DNA from: Oscillospiraceae bacterium
GTDB lineage: Bacteria; Bacillota; Clostridia; Oscillospirales; JAAYXM01
Assembly (NCBI GenBank): GCA_015067485.1
Contig: SVMJ01000007.1
Span: forward strand, 16,580-80,579
Length of the DNA stretch: 64,000 nucleotides
Direction of reading: 5' to 3'
Shown: positions 1 to 9,033 of the stretch, in pieces
How positions within the stretch are numbered: the first letter of the stretch is position 1
How the letters are laid out: every line of letters starts with the position of its first letter
The notes under the pieces: model-generated
What the model saw: the letters and a program-made list of their open reading frames with translations, nothing else
Database searches by the model: none
Told to the model about the DNA's origin: nothing
Translations under genes and position numbers: made by a program

Positions 1-467
1 CCCTTTTCGTCCATGCTCTTGAAGACGAAAAACTCGTGTCCCAAAAGATTCATCTGCAGGATGGCTTCTTCCGGAGTCATTGGTTTGATGGAGAATTTTT
101 TCGTTCTTACAATATCGAACTCTTTTTCTTCCTCAACCGCTTCAAACACCGGATCGGGTGCCTGGAACGCTTCGGAACGCAAGCGCTTTTCAAGGCGCGT
201 TTTGTTCTTCCGGATCTGCCGCTCGATCATGGAAACCGTTGCATCGACCGCGGCATAGACATCTGCCATCTTTTCCGCCGCGCGGAAATACATATTGTCA
301 TGTTTGACAGTTACTTCCACGCAAACAAGTCCGCGCTCTGACCCTGTCGTAACATAAGCGACAGCATCGTTGCGGAAATACTTGTCGAGTTTTGAAAGTT
401 TCTTTTCCGCATAGGCACGAAAATCGTCTGAAAGGTTCACCTTTCGCTCGGTAAATGTAAACTGCAT
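1..467 (-). CDS. hpf: Ribosome hibernation promoting factor (long HPF/YvyD type); C-terminus cut by the window edge
   Basis: Absent from the ORF track because it runs off the edge. Manual reverse translation from ATG at 467 gives [31 protein letters not shown]...[29 protein letters not shown]. This matches the S30AE N-domain plus the long-HPF C-terminal dimerisation motif. Confidence 0.85.
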   Translation of the reverse strand, partial: [155 protein letters not shown]

Positions 468-536
468 ACTGACAACCCCTTTCGGTCTAACATGAAACAG
501 ATTCCTGTTCCTAGTTTCAGTATATCATGACTATAT

Positions 537-580
537 GCAAAATTCAATAAAAGATATTGTCATTTTATTGAATTTTTTGT
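537..580. terminator. Bidirectional Rho-independent terminator between the fumarase alpha gene and the hpf promoter region
   Basis: 12-bp stem AATTCAATAAAA (541-552) pairs with TTTTATTGAATT (563-574). An A-run precedes it and TTTTGT follows. Confidence 0.6.
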
Positions 581-613
581 AACTTTTACCCACTCGGTCA
601 ATTGTTCTTTTTT

Positions 614-1474
614 CTACAGAACAACAGATGCATGACGGGTGATGTGGCACCCCATGTTGACCACACAAGGCAGTCCTGCGATATGGGTCGCGTGTTGTTC
701 AAAATGCACCGCAAGCGCGGTCACCGTTCCGCCAAGCCCTTGCGGACCGATGCCGAGTGCATTGATTTTCTCGAGTGTCTTGCGCTCCAGTTCCGCATAC
801 ATCGGATCAGGATTGACACTTCCGATCTCACGGGTGAGTGCGTGCTTTGCGCAGTATGCGGCACGCTCGATCGTCCCACCAAGCCCGACTCCGACCACGA
901 CCGGCGGGCACGGATTGGACCCTGCCTTGGAAACACATTCCACAACAAAGTCACAAACATCTTCTGCAGTATTTGCAGGCTTAAACATCTTCATCGCACT
1001 CATGTTTTCACTTCCAAACCCCTTGGGTGCAACCGTGATGGAGAGTTTGTCCCCCGGCACGATTCTGGTGTGTAAAATCGCGGGAGTATTGTCATTTGTA
1101 TTCACACGGTCAAGCGGGTCGCGCACCACAGAAAGACGCAATTTACCCTCAATATAGCCGCGACGCACCCCTTCATTGATTGCTTCTTCAAAATCGCAGC
1201 CCACGATGTGCAGGTCTTGTCCGATTTCGGCAAATACCACTGCCATACCGGTATCCTGACACGCGGGGATCCCCGCGGTTTTTGCGTAATCCGCATTTTC
1301 AATCATCACATCAAAAATACTCTGCCCGACAGGAGACTTCTCCATCTCTTTCGCCTTGCAGAAAGACTCACACAAATCATTCGGCAATACATAGCACGCC
1401 TCGATGCACAAATCTCTTACCGCTTCAATGATCAAATCAGTCCGTAATTCTCTCATAGTAATTTCCTTTTCCAA
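614..1474 (-). CDS. Fe-S hydro-lyase, class I fumarate hydratase / tartrate dehydratase family, alpha subunit
   Basis: 286-aa ORF. Motifs ACQDTGMAVVF, APKGFGSENMS and GVGLGGT are typical of the split-type class I fumarase alpha chain. Confidence 0.85.
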   Translation of the reverse strand: MEKEITMRELRTDLIIEAVRDLCIEACYVLPNDLCESFCKAKEMEKSPVGQSIFDVMIENADYAKTAGIPACQDTGMAVVFAEIGQDLHIVGCDFEEAINEGVRRGYIEGKLRLSVVRDPLDRVNTNDNTPAILHTRIVPGDKLSITVAPKGFGSENMSAMKMFKPANTAEDVCDFVVECVSKAGSNPCPPVVVGVGLGGTIERAAYCAKHALTREIGSVNPDPMYAELERKTLEKINALGIGPQGLGGTVTALAVHFEQHATHIAGLPCVVNMGCHITRHASVVL

Positions 1475-1492
1475 TTTTTTCCAAAATTTCTC

Positions 1493-1521
1493 TTGACTTC
1501 TTTTCCAATATATGGTATCAT
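1493..1521 (+). promoter_or_regulatory. Sigma-A-type promoter: TTGACT, 17 nt, TATCAT, with TG extension
   Basis: TTGACT at 1493-1498, 17-nt spacer ending in TGG, TATCAT at 1516-1521. It faces away from the fumarase gene and toward the 3' end of the yabR-like gene. Confidence 0.5.
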
Positions 1522-1527
1522 GATTTC

Positions 1528-1614
1528 AGTCACTCGGAGAGAGTGGCGCCATTCATATCTTTATCCCCACAACCCACTTACTTGGCGCCCGGTAAAACCG
1601 GGCGTCCTTTTTTT
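1528..1614 (+). ncRNA. Candidate ~85-nt small RNA (promoter-to-terminator unit with no ORF)
   Basis: Lies downstream of the 1493-1521 promoter. 5' hairpin CACTC-GGAGA-GAGTG (1531-1545) and C-rich stretch CCCCACAACCCAC (1565-1577). Terminator GGCGCCCGG-TAAAA-CCGGGCGTC (1584-1606) is followed by T7 (1608-1614). No RBS-preceded ORF. Confidence 0.3.
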
Positions 1615-1657
1615 CGAGAAAAAACCGCGGCGAAACGATGTTCCGACGCGGCAATGC

Positions 1658-2086
1658 TCATCCTCTACGGCGAGAACCGTGGCGCTTTTCCATGTGGGAC
1701 TTTAAGTCCGACATTCTGCTTTCGCTCTCCTGCATAAACTGCTTGAGCTTATCTTCGAAAGAGTCGCTGAGCGGTGCGTGTACCATCTCTTTCGGCTGGA
1801 CGAAACGTGGGCGCGGAGCCTGCGCAGGGCGGGACTGCTGCGACTGTGGCGGAGCAACCGTCTGCTTGATGGAGAGATTGATTCTCTTACTCTCATCGAT
1901 CCCGATGACCTTGACAGAGACCGTCTGCCCCACTTCCAAATGTTGTGCCACATCGCTGACATACGTATGCGCGATCTCAGAGATATGTACCAAACCTGAT
2001 TTCCCTTCCGGTAAAGACACAAACGCACCAAACGGCTTGATGCTTGAAACTTTCCCTTCCAGAATCACACCTACTGCGAGTTCCAT
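1658..2086 (-). CDS. yabR: S1-domain RNA-binding protein (YabR-like)
   Basis: N-terminal S1 fold GVILEGKVSSIKPFGAFVSLPEGKSGLVHISEIA. It sits after divIC, as in the B. subtilis yab cluster. Confidence 0.85.
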   Translation of the reverse strand: MELAVGVILEGKVSSIKPFGAFVSLPEGKSGLVHISEIAHTYVSDVAQHLEVGQTVSVKVIGIDESKRINLSIKQTVAPPQSQQSRPAQAPRPRFVQPKEMVHAPLSDSFEDKLKQFMQESESRMSDLKSHMEKRHGSRRRG

Positions 2087-2125
2087 ATTACAACCTATAT
2101 CCCCTTTCGGTTTTTCCTGCTATTT

Positions 2126-2443
2126 TTAATTTCCGGAAACGTCGATATACACACGCTCATCCGGCATTGCAAGCCCTTGCTTTTGCGCTTCTCCGACAAT
2201 GTACTCATTGTCCACTTCGGTTTCCGCCTGTTGCGTCAACTCGGCGTTTTTTGCCTGTGCCTCTTCCACTTCACTCGTAAGCTGTTCCACAATATTTTTC
2301 TGCTCTTGGATCTTGATCTGAAGTGAAACCAATGTAAAAATCGAATAAACGATAAAAATCCCCAAAATCAAGCGTGGGAGGAACCCGACGCGTTTTTTTC
2401 TTTTCGCCACAGTGCTTCTCCTTTTCGCACACGACCGGAACAC
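2126..2443 (-). CDS. divIC: Septum formation initiator (DivIC/FtsB family)
   Basis: Basic N-terminus, a single TM segment (LILGIFIVYSIFTLVSL), then a coiled coil. Position is between yabQ and yabR. The start is uncertain: ATG 2443 or GTG 2410, and either overlaps the yabQ 3' end. Confidence 0.75.
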   Translation of the reverse strand: MFRSCAKRRSTVAKRKKRVGFLPRLILGIFIVYSIFTLVSLQIKIQEQKNIVEQLTSEVEEAQAKNAELTQQAETEVDNEYIVGEAQKQGLAMPDERVYIDVSGN

Positions 2444-2865
2444 TTTCCCGGTCTTTTCTTTTTCTTACACCGCTTGCGGACATTCAAGAAACCACGGTAA
2501 AACGCTCGAAAAACGCGATAAAACCCGTTCTCAAACAGTTTGGAGACCCATGTAATGCCCGTATCCAAAACCGACAAAATACGGGACACGCTTTTGCTGA
2601 ACACCCCGGCATAGAAACTCCCGCCAAGGAACACCCCGAGCAAAAGATACCACCGCATCTCACCGTTTGCAGCATTCAAAACAAACCATAAAAATAACAA
2701 ACAGGAAATCAATCCGTAGCACGCATCCAAAAACAGACAGACTGCCGAATGTTTTCGGTTTCGCTTTCGTAGCAGGCGCAGAACATCATATCCCACGCCG
2801 CAAGCAAGCCCGAACAGTACGCAGTAGCAGAACTCGAGCGCTTGCGATGATACCCTAAGTAACAT
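2368..2865 (-). CDS. yabQ: Spore cortex biosynthesis protein YabQ (membrane)
   Basis: Multi-TM small protein immediately downstream of yabP. Its Lys/Arg-rich tail overlaps divIC. Confidence 0.7.
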   Translation of the reverse strand: MLLRVSSQALEFCYCVLFGLACGVGYDVLRLLRKRNRKHSAVCLFLDACYGLISCLLFLWFVLNAANGEMRWYLLLGVFLGGSFYAGVFSKSVSRILSVLDTGITWVSKLFENGFYRVFRAFYRGFLNVRKRCKKKKRPGKCSGRVRKGEALWRKEKNASGSSHA

Positions 2866-2868
2866 GAA

Positions 2869-3153
2869 CTATCGGAAAAGACGAGACCAGAAGCCGGTCG
2901 ACTCACGCTCTTCGGTATAAAGCATACGGTCTATCCTGCCCTCGATGCCAACATCACCCGTCTCTAAGCTTAATCGGTCGATATGCAGGTTCAACCCGTA
3001 AATAATCAGACCGCCCGCCGTAGTGGTGAGCACCACCGAGTTTTCATCGAAGCTCTGCACTTCCCGCACCCCGGAGAGTTTCAGCCGCGCACGTCCGTCA
3101 AGCGACAGACTGTGCGGAACATTCCCGTCATTGACTGTAATTTCCCGTTGCAT
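2869..3153 (-). CDS. yabP: Sporulation protein YabP
   Basis: HSLSLDGRARLKLSGVREVQSFDENSVVLTT...IEGRIDRMLY matches the YabP family. Start set at ATG 3153, which has an AAAGGTGG RBS; the ORF track extends to 3177. Confidence 0.85.
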   Translation of the reverse strand: MQREITVNDGNVPHSLSLDGRARLKLSGVREVQSFDENSVVLTTTAGGLIIYGLNLHIDRLSLETGDVGIEGRIDRMLYTEERESTGFWSRLFR

Positions 3154-3260
3154 GATAAAACCACCTTTCGCTCTCAATTATATTGAGTCATGGAGGTTTT
3201 TATGCCGGGAAACGCATTCGGCTCTAAGCATCAAACCCTTGGTGCTCACAGCAAAATGCG

Positions 3261-3512
3261 TTAACTTAAATCCGTTATTTCTTCGTACATGGATGACGCA
3301 TCGTCTTTTCTGACGTGCTCTGCAATTTCTTTGACGCGGACAGAAATCACGCGTTCGCCGAAATGCATCTCGATCACATCGCCGACTTTGACGTCGTACG
3401 ACGCCTTGACAACACGACCGTTTACCACGATACGCTCATGGTCGCACGCCTCGTTTGCCACGGTACGGCGTTTGATGAGACGCGACACCTTCAAAAATTT
3501 ATCAATTCTCAC
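3261..3512 (-). CDS. yabO: S4-domain RNA-binding protein (YabO/RqcP, Hsp15-like)
   Basis: MRIDKFLKVSRLIKRRTVANEACDHERIVVNGRVVKASYDVKVGD is a canonical S4 motif. Synteny matches yabO. Confidence 0.85.
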   Translation of the reverse strand: MRIDKFLKVSRLIKRRTVANEACDHERIVVNGRVVKASYDVKVGDVIEMHFGERVISVRVKEIAEHVRKDDASSMYEEITDLS

Positions 3513-3585
3513 GATTACAACTCAACTTTCAACAAGGAACAAAGAGCGGGAGAAAAATCACCCGCTCTTTGCAAGTTCACTTATC

Positions 3586-3861
3586 TTACTTGGAAACCTT
3601 ATCCTTCAGAGCCTTACCAGCCTTGAATGCCGGGATCTTGGAAGCCGGGATTTCGATGGTTTCCTTGGTCTTCGGGTTACGGCCGACTCTTGCGTTGCGG
3701 CACTTCACTTCGAATGCACCGAAGCCAACCAACTGGACCTTGTCCCCTGCTACGAGAGCATCGGTAACTGCATCGATGGTTGCCGCGACTGCCTTTTCAG
3801 CGTCCTTCTTGGAAAGACCTGCTTTTTCTGCGACTGCATTGATCAGTTCTGTTTTGTTCAT
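3586..3861 (-). CDS. hup: DNA-binding protein HU
   Basis: MNKTELINAVAEKAGLSKKDAEKAV...FGAFEVKCRNARVGRNPKTKETIEIPASKIPAFKAGKALKD is the HU signature. Confidence 0.95.
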   Translation of the reverse strand: MNKTELINAVAEKAGLSKKDAEKAVAATIDAVTDALVAGDKVQLVGFGAFEVKCRNARVGRNPKTKETIEIPASKIPAFKAGKALKDKVSK

Positions 3862-3912
3862 GATAAATCCTCCTAATATTGTGTTCTATATCTCAAGGTT
3901 TTCGGAGTGAAA

Positions 3913-4725
3913 TCACAACTCTCCCCCAACACCTTCGAGCCGTTTTACTTCCTCCCACAACTTGTCCATCTCGGACAGTATGAGAGCTTCGAGTTTCAGA
4001 CCTTTTTCGGTCGCGAGTTTCTCCATCGCACCGAAGCGACGCAAGAACTTGTCCGACGCGCGAGAAAGCGCAAGTTCCGGGTTGATCCCATGCAGTCGCA
4101 CGAGATTGACCGCCGCAAACAAAAAGTCTCCCGCTTCTTCCATGCGATGTGCGTCGTCCGCTTCTTTCAGTTCGCGGATTTCTTCCATGACCTTATCTTC
4201 CGCGCCCGTCGCATCTTCCCAATCAAAACCGCATTTGCGTGCTTTTGACTGGATCTTCTCGGCGCGCATCAGCGCTGGAAGACTTCGTGCAACCGAATCC
4301 ATCGCATCGGTATTTGTCTTTTGACCTTTGGTTTTGCGCTTGATCTCGTCCCAATTCGCCAGGACTTGGGACGTGGTATCTGCGGTAACATCACCAAACA
4401 CGTGTGGATGACGCACGATGAGTTTCTTGCAAACTTCATCGGCTACCGCCTGCAAATTGAAATTCCCGCGTTCATCCTCCATCTGCGCGTGGAACACCAC
4501 CTGCAAAAGGACATCGCCAAGTTCCTCTCGGAGCAAAGCAACATCGGAATTGTCGATCGCTTCGCAAACTTCATACGTCTCTTCAATGAAGTTCTGACGA
4601 ATGCTCTGATGAGTCTGTTCCCGATCCCACGGACACCCGTCTTCCGAGCGGAGCAATTTTACAATTTGCACTAAATCTTGCACATCGTAACAATCTTTAT
4701 GTATAAAATTTACCATACTATTCAT
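3913..4725 (-). CDS. mazG: Nucleoside triphosphate pyrophosphohydrolase MazG (YabN-like)
   Basis: Tandem MazG repeats (CPWDREQTHQSIRQNFIEETYEV..., EELGDVLLQV, EEAGDFLF). The ORF-track N-terminal extension to 4962 overlaps the upstream gene. ATG 4725 or 4716 follows an AAAGGA RBS. Confidence 0.9.
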   Translation of the reverse strand: MNSMVNFIHKDCYDVQDLVQIVKLLRSEDGCPWDREQTHQSIRQNFIEETYEVCEAIDNSDVALLREELGDVLLQVVFHAQMEDERGNFNLQAVADEVCKKLIVRHPHVFGDVTADTTSQVLANWDEIKRKTKGQKTNTDAMDSVARSLPALMRAEKIQSKARKCGFDWEDATGAEDKVMEEIRELKEADDAHRMEEAGDFLFAAVNLVRLHGINPELALSRASDKFLRRFGAMEKLATEKGLKLEALILSEMDKLWEEVKRLEGVGGEL

Positions 4726-4754
4726 CCTTTTGCAAGTATTTTTTGAAAAAAACT

Positions 4755-6317
4755 CTATTTTTTCACTTTTTTTGCTGTTTTTTTGGCATTGAAACGGATG
4801 AAAGCCGTATCTTTCATCAAAAATCCCACAATTAAAAAAATAATTCCACCGCAGAAAACGCTTAAAATAGTTGCTATTTCCAAGGAAAATGTCAATTTTA
4901 GCCAACAATAAGCGATTTTTGCGACACAACCTGTCGACACCCCGATCAAAATCGGTTTCCAAAGCAGACCGATACCCGAATCGGCACTATGCAGAAACCA
5001 CCAATCGATGATACAAATGGTCGTGTAGCACAAAATCGTACCGATTGCCGCGCCGAAAATACGGATACTTGGGTTACGGACCAGGATGAGATTTGCGAGC
5101 AGCTTCACCGCAGCGCCGACTGCCATCGCAAGCACGGTTACACGCGCTTTCCCCGATGCCTGATGCACCGCATTCATCACGGTAGTCAGCGCAAGAAGCG
5201 GGATCGCAAAACACAATACCGAAAGCAGGTTTCCCGCGATTTGCAACACATCGTCGGATACGCCTCCGCCATAGAGCAGTTTGAGCGCGGGATATGCCAA
5301 AACACCCAGCCCGCACGCAGCAGCGACAGAAAGTGTCGCCGCGACAGATAGAGTATCGCGGGTGGTGTTTGCAAGTGCGCCCGATTGATTTGATGCGGTT
5401 GCACTCGCAACGGTTGGCACCAAACTCACCGCAATCGTGCTGATGAGCACATTCGGAAGACTGAATAAGTTGGTCGCGTATGTATACGTACCGAAAAGTC
5501 GCATGGCATCATTTGCCGTACATCCGCTTTTCTGCAGAAGTTTCATAATGAGCCCTGAGTCGATCACATTGGTCAATCCGATGATGGATGCGCTGAGCGT
5601 GATCGGAAGTGTCTCGGAAAACAGTTCTTTGAGCAGTGTCAGCCGACTTCTTTGACTCTTCTCACCACGCGGAAACGACACGGTAACGCGGCGGCGTATC
5701 AGCATAAGATACACGCACGCGACCAATGCACCCACGGTTACACCCGCGATCGCACCTGCCGCTTGATGAGTGATCGTATTTCCCCGATTTTTGAGATGCC
5801 ATGCGAGAAACAAACCCAAACAGAGTTTGACCGCCGCTTCGATAATCTCACTCGTTGCGGTGGGGACCATATCGCAAAACCCTTGATAATATCCGCGAAA
5901 CACGCTGAGAAGCGACACGAACAGAACAGCCGGGGCGATTGCACGGATCGCCGCATACGCCTCGGGAACACCCATGGCATGCGCAAAATACTCCGCTCCG
6001 AACCACAAAACTCCTGCACCGAGAAAACCGATCAATGCAAACACGCAGAGCGCAGCACGGACGGTGTCCTGCGCATCGGAATACCGCCCTTTTGCGGCGG
6101 CGAGTGCTACCTGTTTGGATACCGCGACAGGGACTCCGGCGGTCGCAATCGCAAAGAGCAGTGCGTAGAGATTGTATGCAACTGAAAAGATCGCGCTTCC
6201 TTCGGGTTGCAGCATGGCGCCGAGCGGAATTTTGAAACACGCGCCGATGACTTTCACCACAAGCCCCGCGCCCGCCAAAACCGCCGCACCGCCAAACAAA
6301 TCTTGTTTTCTTCGCAT
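4755..6317 (-). CDS. MOP-superfamily polysaccharide/lipid II flippase-like protein (SpoVB / YabM-like)
   Basis: About 14 predicted TM segments with an N-terminus typical of the SpoVB/MurJ family. It occupies the yabM position upstream of mazG. ATG 6317 follows a GGGAGG RBS. Confidence 0.8.
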   Translation of the reverse strand: MRRKQDLFGGAAVLAGAGLVVKVIGACFKIPLGAMLQPEGSAIFSVAYNLYALLFAIATAGVPVAVSKQVALAAAKGRYSDAQDTVRAALCVFALIGFLGAGVLWFGAEYFAHAMGVPEAYAAIRAIAPAVLFVSLLSVFRGYYQGFCDMVPTATSEIIEAAVKLCLGLFLAWHLKNRGNTITHQAAGAIAGVTVGALVACVYLMLIRRRVTVSFPRGEKSQRSRLTLLKELFSETLPITLSASIIGLTNVIDSGLIMKLLQKSGCTANDAMRLFGTYTYATNLFSLPNVLISTIAVSLVPTVASATASNQSGALANTTRDTLSVAATLSVAAACGLGVLAYPALKLLYGGGVSDDVLQIAGNLLSVLCFAIPLLALTTVMNAVHQASGKARVTVLAMAVGAAVKLLANLILVRNPSIRIFGAAIGTILCYTTICIIDWWFLHSADSGIGLLWKPILIGVSTGCVAKIAYCWLKLTFSLEIATILSVFCGGIIFLIVGFLMKDTAFIRFNAKKTAKKVKK

Positions 6318-6369
6318 TCGTCCGCCTCCCAAAGTTTCTCATTGCGAACTTATGCGAAATCCGTTGTTT

Positions 6370-7671
6370 TTATGCGAACAGGCGTTTCATCCCAATCTCT
6401 TCGAAGGTGTGCTTAACGCGTTCCCAATCCAGCGTCAAAAACGCCCCATTTTCGTACAAAACTTTTCCGCGCACCATCGTCATACACACGTCGCTTCCGC
6501 GCGCAGAATACACCAAATTTGACACCACATTGTGGCACGGCATCAGGTGCGGTTTATCGAAATCCAGCAGGATCAGATCTGCATTTTTCCCCACTTCCAC
6601 CGTACCGCACTCGTGTTCTCTCCCCTGCGCTACTGCGCCGCCGTAGGTTGCCATACAAAGGACGGCTGCCGCGTTTACCGCACACGGGTCTAAATTGACT
6701 CCCTTGTGCAGGCAGGCAGCGAGTTTGATTTCTTCAAAAAGATCGGTGCTGTTGTTGCTTGCAACCCCATCGGTGCCGAGCGCGACATTGATGCCACGGC
6801 TCAGCATGGCGGGAACTCGCGCAACACCGCTTGCAAGTTTCAGATTGCTGTACGGATTATGGGCTACGCTGACTCCTTTTTCACGGAAGATGTCAAGATC
6901 TTCATCGGTAACATGGACCGCGTGCGCCGCGATGGTTTTACCATCCAGCACACCCGCGTCATAAAACACGCGTGCCGGGGTCTTGCCGTATTTTCTGATG
7001 CACTCGTTGTGTTCGTGTTCGGTCTCAGACAGATGAATCTGCATCACAAGCCCGTTTTCCACCGAGAACGCGCCGAGTGTGCGCCACAGACTTTCGCTCG
7101 TGGTATACTCCGCGTGAATAGCGGCATCCACCAAAATTCTACCGTCCCCCGCGCGGTGCCAGTTGCGATAAAGCTCGACCGCTTCTTTTGTGCCGTAGAA
7201 AGAATCGAATTCGATTTCTTTGTCAAAATTGGTGACCGACCGCGCGATGTTCGCTTTCATTCCACTTGACGCCACCACTTCCGCAATCTCTTGCGAGAAG
7301 AAATAGGAATCGGAAAAAGACGTCGTCCCGCACGCGAGCATTTCCGCAACCGCAAGGGCTGTGCCGGCTTTGACGATCTCGCCGTCCAAGCGGTCTTCGG
7401 TCGGGAAAATGTGATTAAAAAGCCAATCCTGCAGGTCGGTATCATCCGAAAGCCCGCGCATCAGCGTCATCGGGATATGGGTGTGCGCGTTGACGAAACC
7501 CGGCATCAGAACTTTCCCCGTTGCATCAATGATACGGCTCGCGGTATCAACGGGGTTCTCTCCGATGTATGCGATTGTTCCGTCTTTGACACCGAGACAC
7601 TCGTTTTTCAGCACGCGCATAGTTTCATCGCAACATACGATCGTGGCATTTTTGAATAAAATGTCGTACAT
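6370..7671 (-). CDS. mtaD: Amidohydrolase, 5-methylthioadenosine/S-adenosylhomocysteine deaminase-like
   Basis: GFVNAHTHIPMTLMRGLSDD, HLSET and GTDG motifs of the MtaD/SsnA-type metal amidohydrolases. Confidence 0.8.
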   Translation of the reverse strand: MYDILFKNATIVCCDETMRVLKNECLGVKDGTIAYIGENPVDTASRIIDATGKVLMPGFVNAHTHIPMTLMRGLSDDTDLQDWLFNHIFPTEDRLDGEIVKAGTALAVAEMLACGTTSFSDSYFFSQEIAEVVASSGMKANIARSVTNFDKEIEFDSFYGTKEAVELYRNWHRAGDGRILVDAAIHAEYTTSESLWRTLGAFSVENGLVMQIHLSETEHEHNECIRKYGKTPARVFYDAGVLDGKTIAAHAVHVTDEDLDIFREKGVSVAHNPYSNLKLASGVARVPAMLSRGINVALGTDGVASNNSTDLFEEIKLAACLHKGVNLDPCAVNAAAVLCMATYGGAVAQGREHECGTVEVGKNADLILLDFDKPHLMPCHNVVSNLVYSARGSDVCMTMVRGKVLYENGAFLTLDWERVKHTFEEIGMKRLFA

Positions 7672-7675
7672 TTTT

Positions 7676-7708
7676 ACACCTTTCCGAGAAAAGCAGGACA
7701 GCTCAGCC
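7676..7708 (-). terminator. Rho-independent terminator after the 7722-8027 gene
   Basis: Stem AGCAGGAC (7682-7689) pairs with GTCCTGCT (7699-7706). A U-run follows on the minus strand. Confidence 0.6.
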
Positions 7709-7721
7709 GTCCTGCTCTCAC

Positions 7722-8027
7722 TTATTCTTCTTCCGCTTTGAGCTGCGCGATCTGCGCGAGTTTTTCATCGACAGATGCGAATGCGGTTTCAATCAGGTCT
7801 TCATCCACATCTGCACCGATGTGCGCCTGATATGCCATGCGCCCGATTTCACGGTACAGCATGTCGATTTGTGTGTTGAGTTCAAACACTTTCACGCTCT
7901 TTTTCGAATTGTTCCAAACATCTGCCGCTTTCTGACTTGCGACCGATGCGCCTTTTGCAGCCATTTCGCCTGCAAGAAGTGCTTTCTCACGGATCTTCTG
8001 TTGTAATTCATTCCAGGTTGCGTTCAT
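7722..8027 (-). CDS. Small hypothetical coiled-coil protein (101 aa)
   Basis: ORF with an AAGGCGG RBS before ATG 8027. Helical, charged sequence ending AQLKAEEE. No family recognised. Confidence 0.5.
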   Translation of the reverse strand: MNATWNELQQKIREKALLAGEMAAKGASVASQKAADVWNNSKKSVKVFELNTQIDMLYREIGRMAYQAHIGADVDEDLIETAFASVDEKLAQIAQLKAEEE

Positions 8028-8092
8028 AACTATACCGCCTTTCATATGATTTCTATCTTTAGTTTGACACAAATTCGCGAAAATTGCAATAC

Positions 8093-9019
8093 TTAAAACT
8101 CTGCACCGCCGATAAATTCACGCAGGAGCGAGTTTTTGGGAACCGCATCTTCCCCAATCGGTTCAAAGCAAGAGAACCCTTGTGGGATACGTAAAATCTC
8201 TTCACGACGTTTTATGCTCTCGGGGATGCCTTCAAATGCATTTGCAAGAAAGCACCCAAGCACCCCGATCTCATACGGATGGGTGGAATTGATGATAAAG
8301 TCCGCGTGCGTCTTAAACGGAGAAATATACTTCTTCTCCCCGATGCGGATATTGTTCCAAAGTTCAAAGGTCTTATGCGGTGTAGTACCGCGGAATTTAT
8401 CGTCGCGGATGCTGCGGCGGCAAAGCCGTGTCCATGTGCCACGAAACACTTCTTCCCCATCGAGTGCGAAATTACTGCGCGCACTCACATACAACCGCAC
8501 GGTCAAATCCCCCACACTTGCGGAAATCGAGTCATTGAGCGCGTGAATGCCTTCGATGATAACCACTTCGTTGTCGTGAAGTTTCATTCGCTCGGTCGCA
8601 CTCATACGGCTTTGCGTGGTGAAGTCAAACTTCGGCATCTCCACCGTCTTCCCTTCTGCAAGCGCGCGGATGTGTTCATTGAGAAGCAGGAGATCCAAAC
8701 AGAGCGGAGATTCAAAATCAAGCGTTCCGTCTTCGCTGCGCGGGGCAGTTTCCGGATCTACCGTGCGAAAATAATCGTCCATAGAGACCTGACGACTGCC
8801 GATGCCCTTTGTTTCCAGTGCCTGGCGCAATTTCAGCGCGGTGGTCGTTTTCCCCGAGCCGCTCGGACCCGAGAGCAAAACAATGCGCCGGAAACGGACA
8901 CCTTCTGCAATCTCGTCTGCAACACGCGAGACTTCCCCGTGATAATCTGCTTCACACTCCGCGACAAATCCGGTCAGATCCCGTTTCACGCGGTCGTTGA
9001 TTGTTCTCACATCAAGCAT
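8093..9019 (-). CDS. P-loop nucleoside kinase, uridine kinase family-like
   Basis: Walker A LLSGPSGSGKTTTA and a PRK/uridine-kinase-like core (VVIIEGIHALND). Confidence 0.7.
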   Translation of the reverse strand: MLDVRTINDRVKRDLTGFVAECEADYHGEVSRVADEIAEGVRFRRIVLLSGPSGSGKTTTALKLRQALETKGIGSRQVSMDDYFRTVDPETAPRSEDGTLDFESPLCLDLLLLNEHIRALAEGKTVEMPKFDFTTQSRMSATERMKLHDNEVVIIEGIHALNDSISASVGDLTVRLYVSARSNFALDGEEVFRGTWTRLCRRSIRDDKFRGTTPHKTFELWNNIRIGEKKYISPFKTHADFIINSTHPYEIGVLGCFLANAFEGIPESIKRREEILRIPQGFSCFEPIGEDAVPKNSLLREFIGGAEF

Positions 9020-9033
9020 ACATCAGCACCTCT

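Noticed and set aside
4726-4962. 79-codon N-terminal extension of the mazG ORF.
   Set aside because: It overlaps the 3' end of the upstream flippase gene. The MazG homology begins at the internal ATG, which has an RBS. The same logic was applied to the extensions of dtd (11592-11684), argD (48572-48709) and the SDR at 43790-43846.
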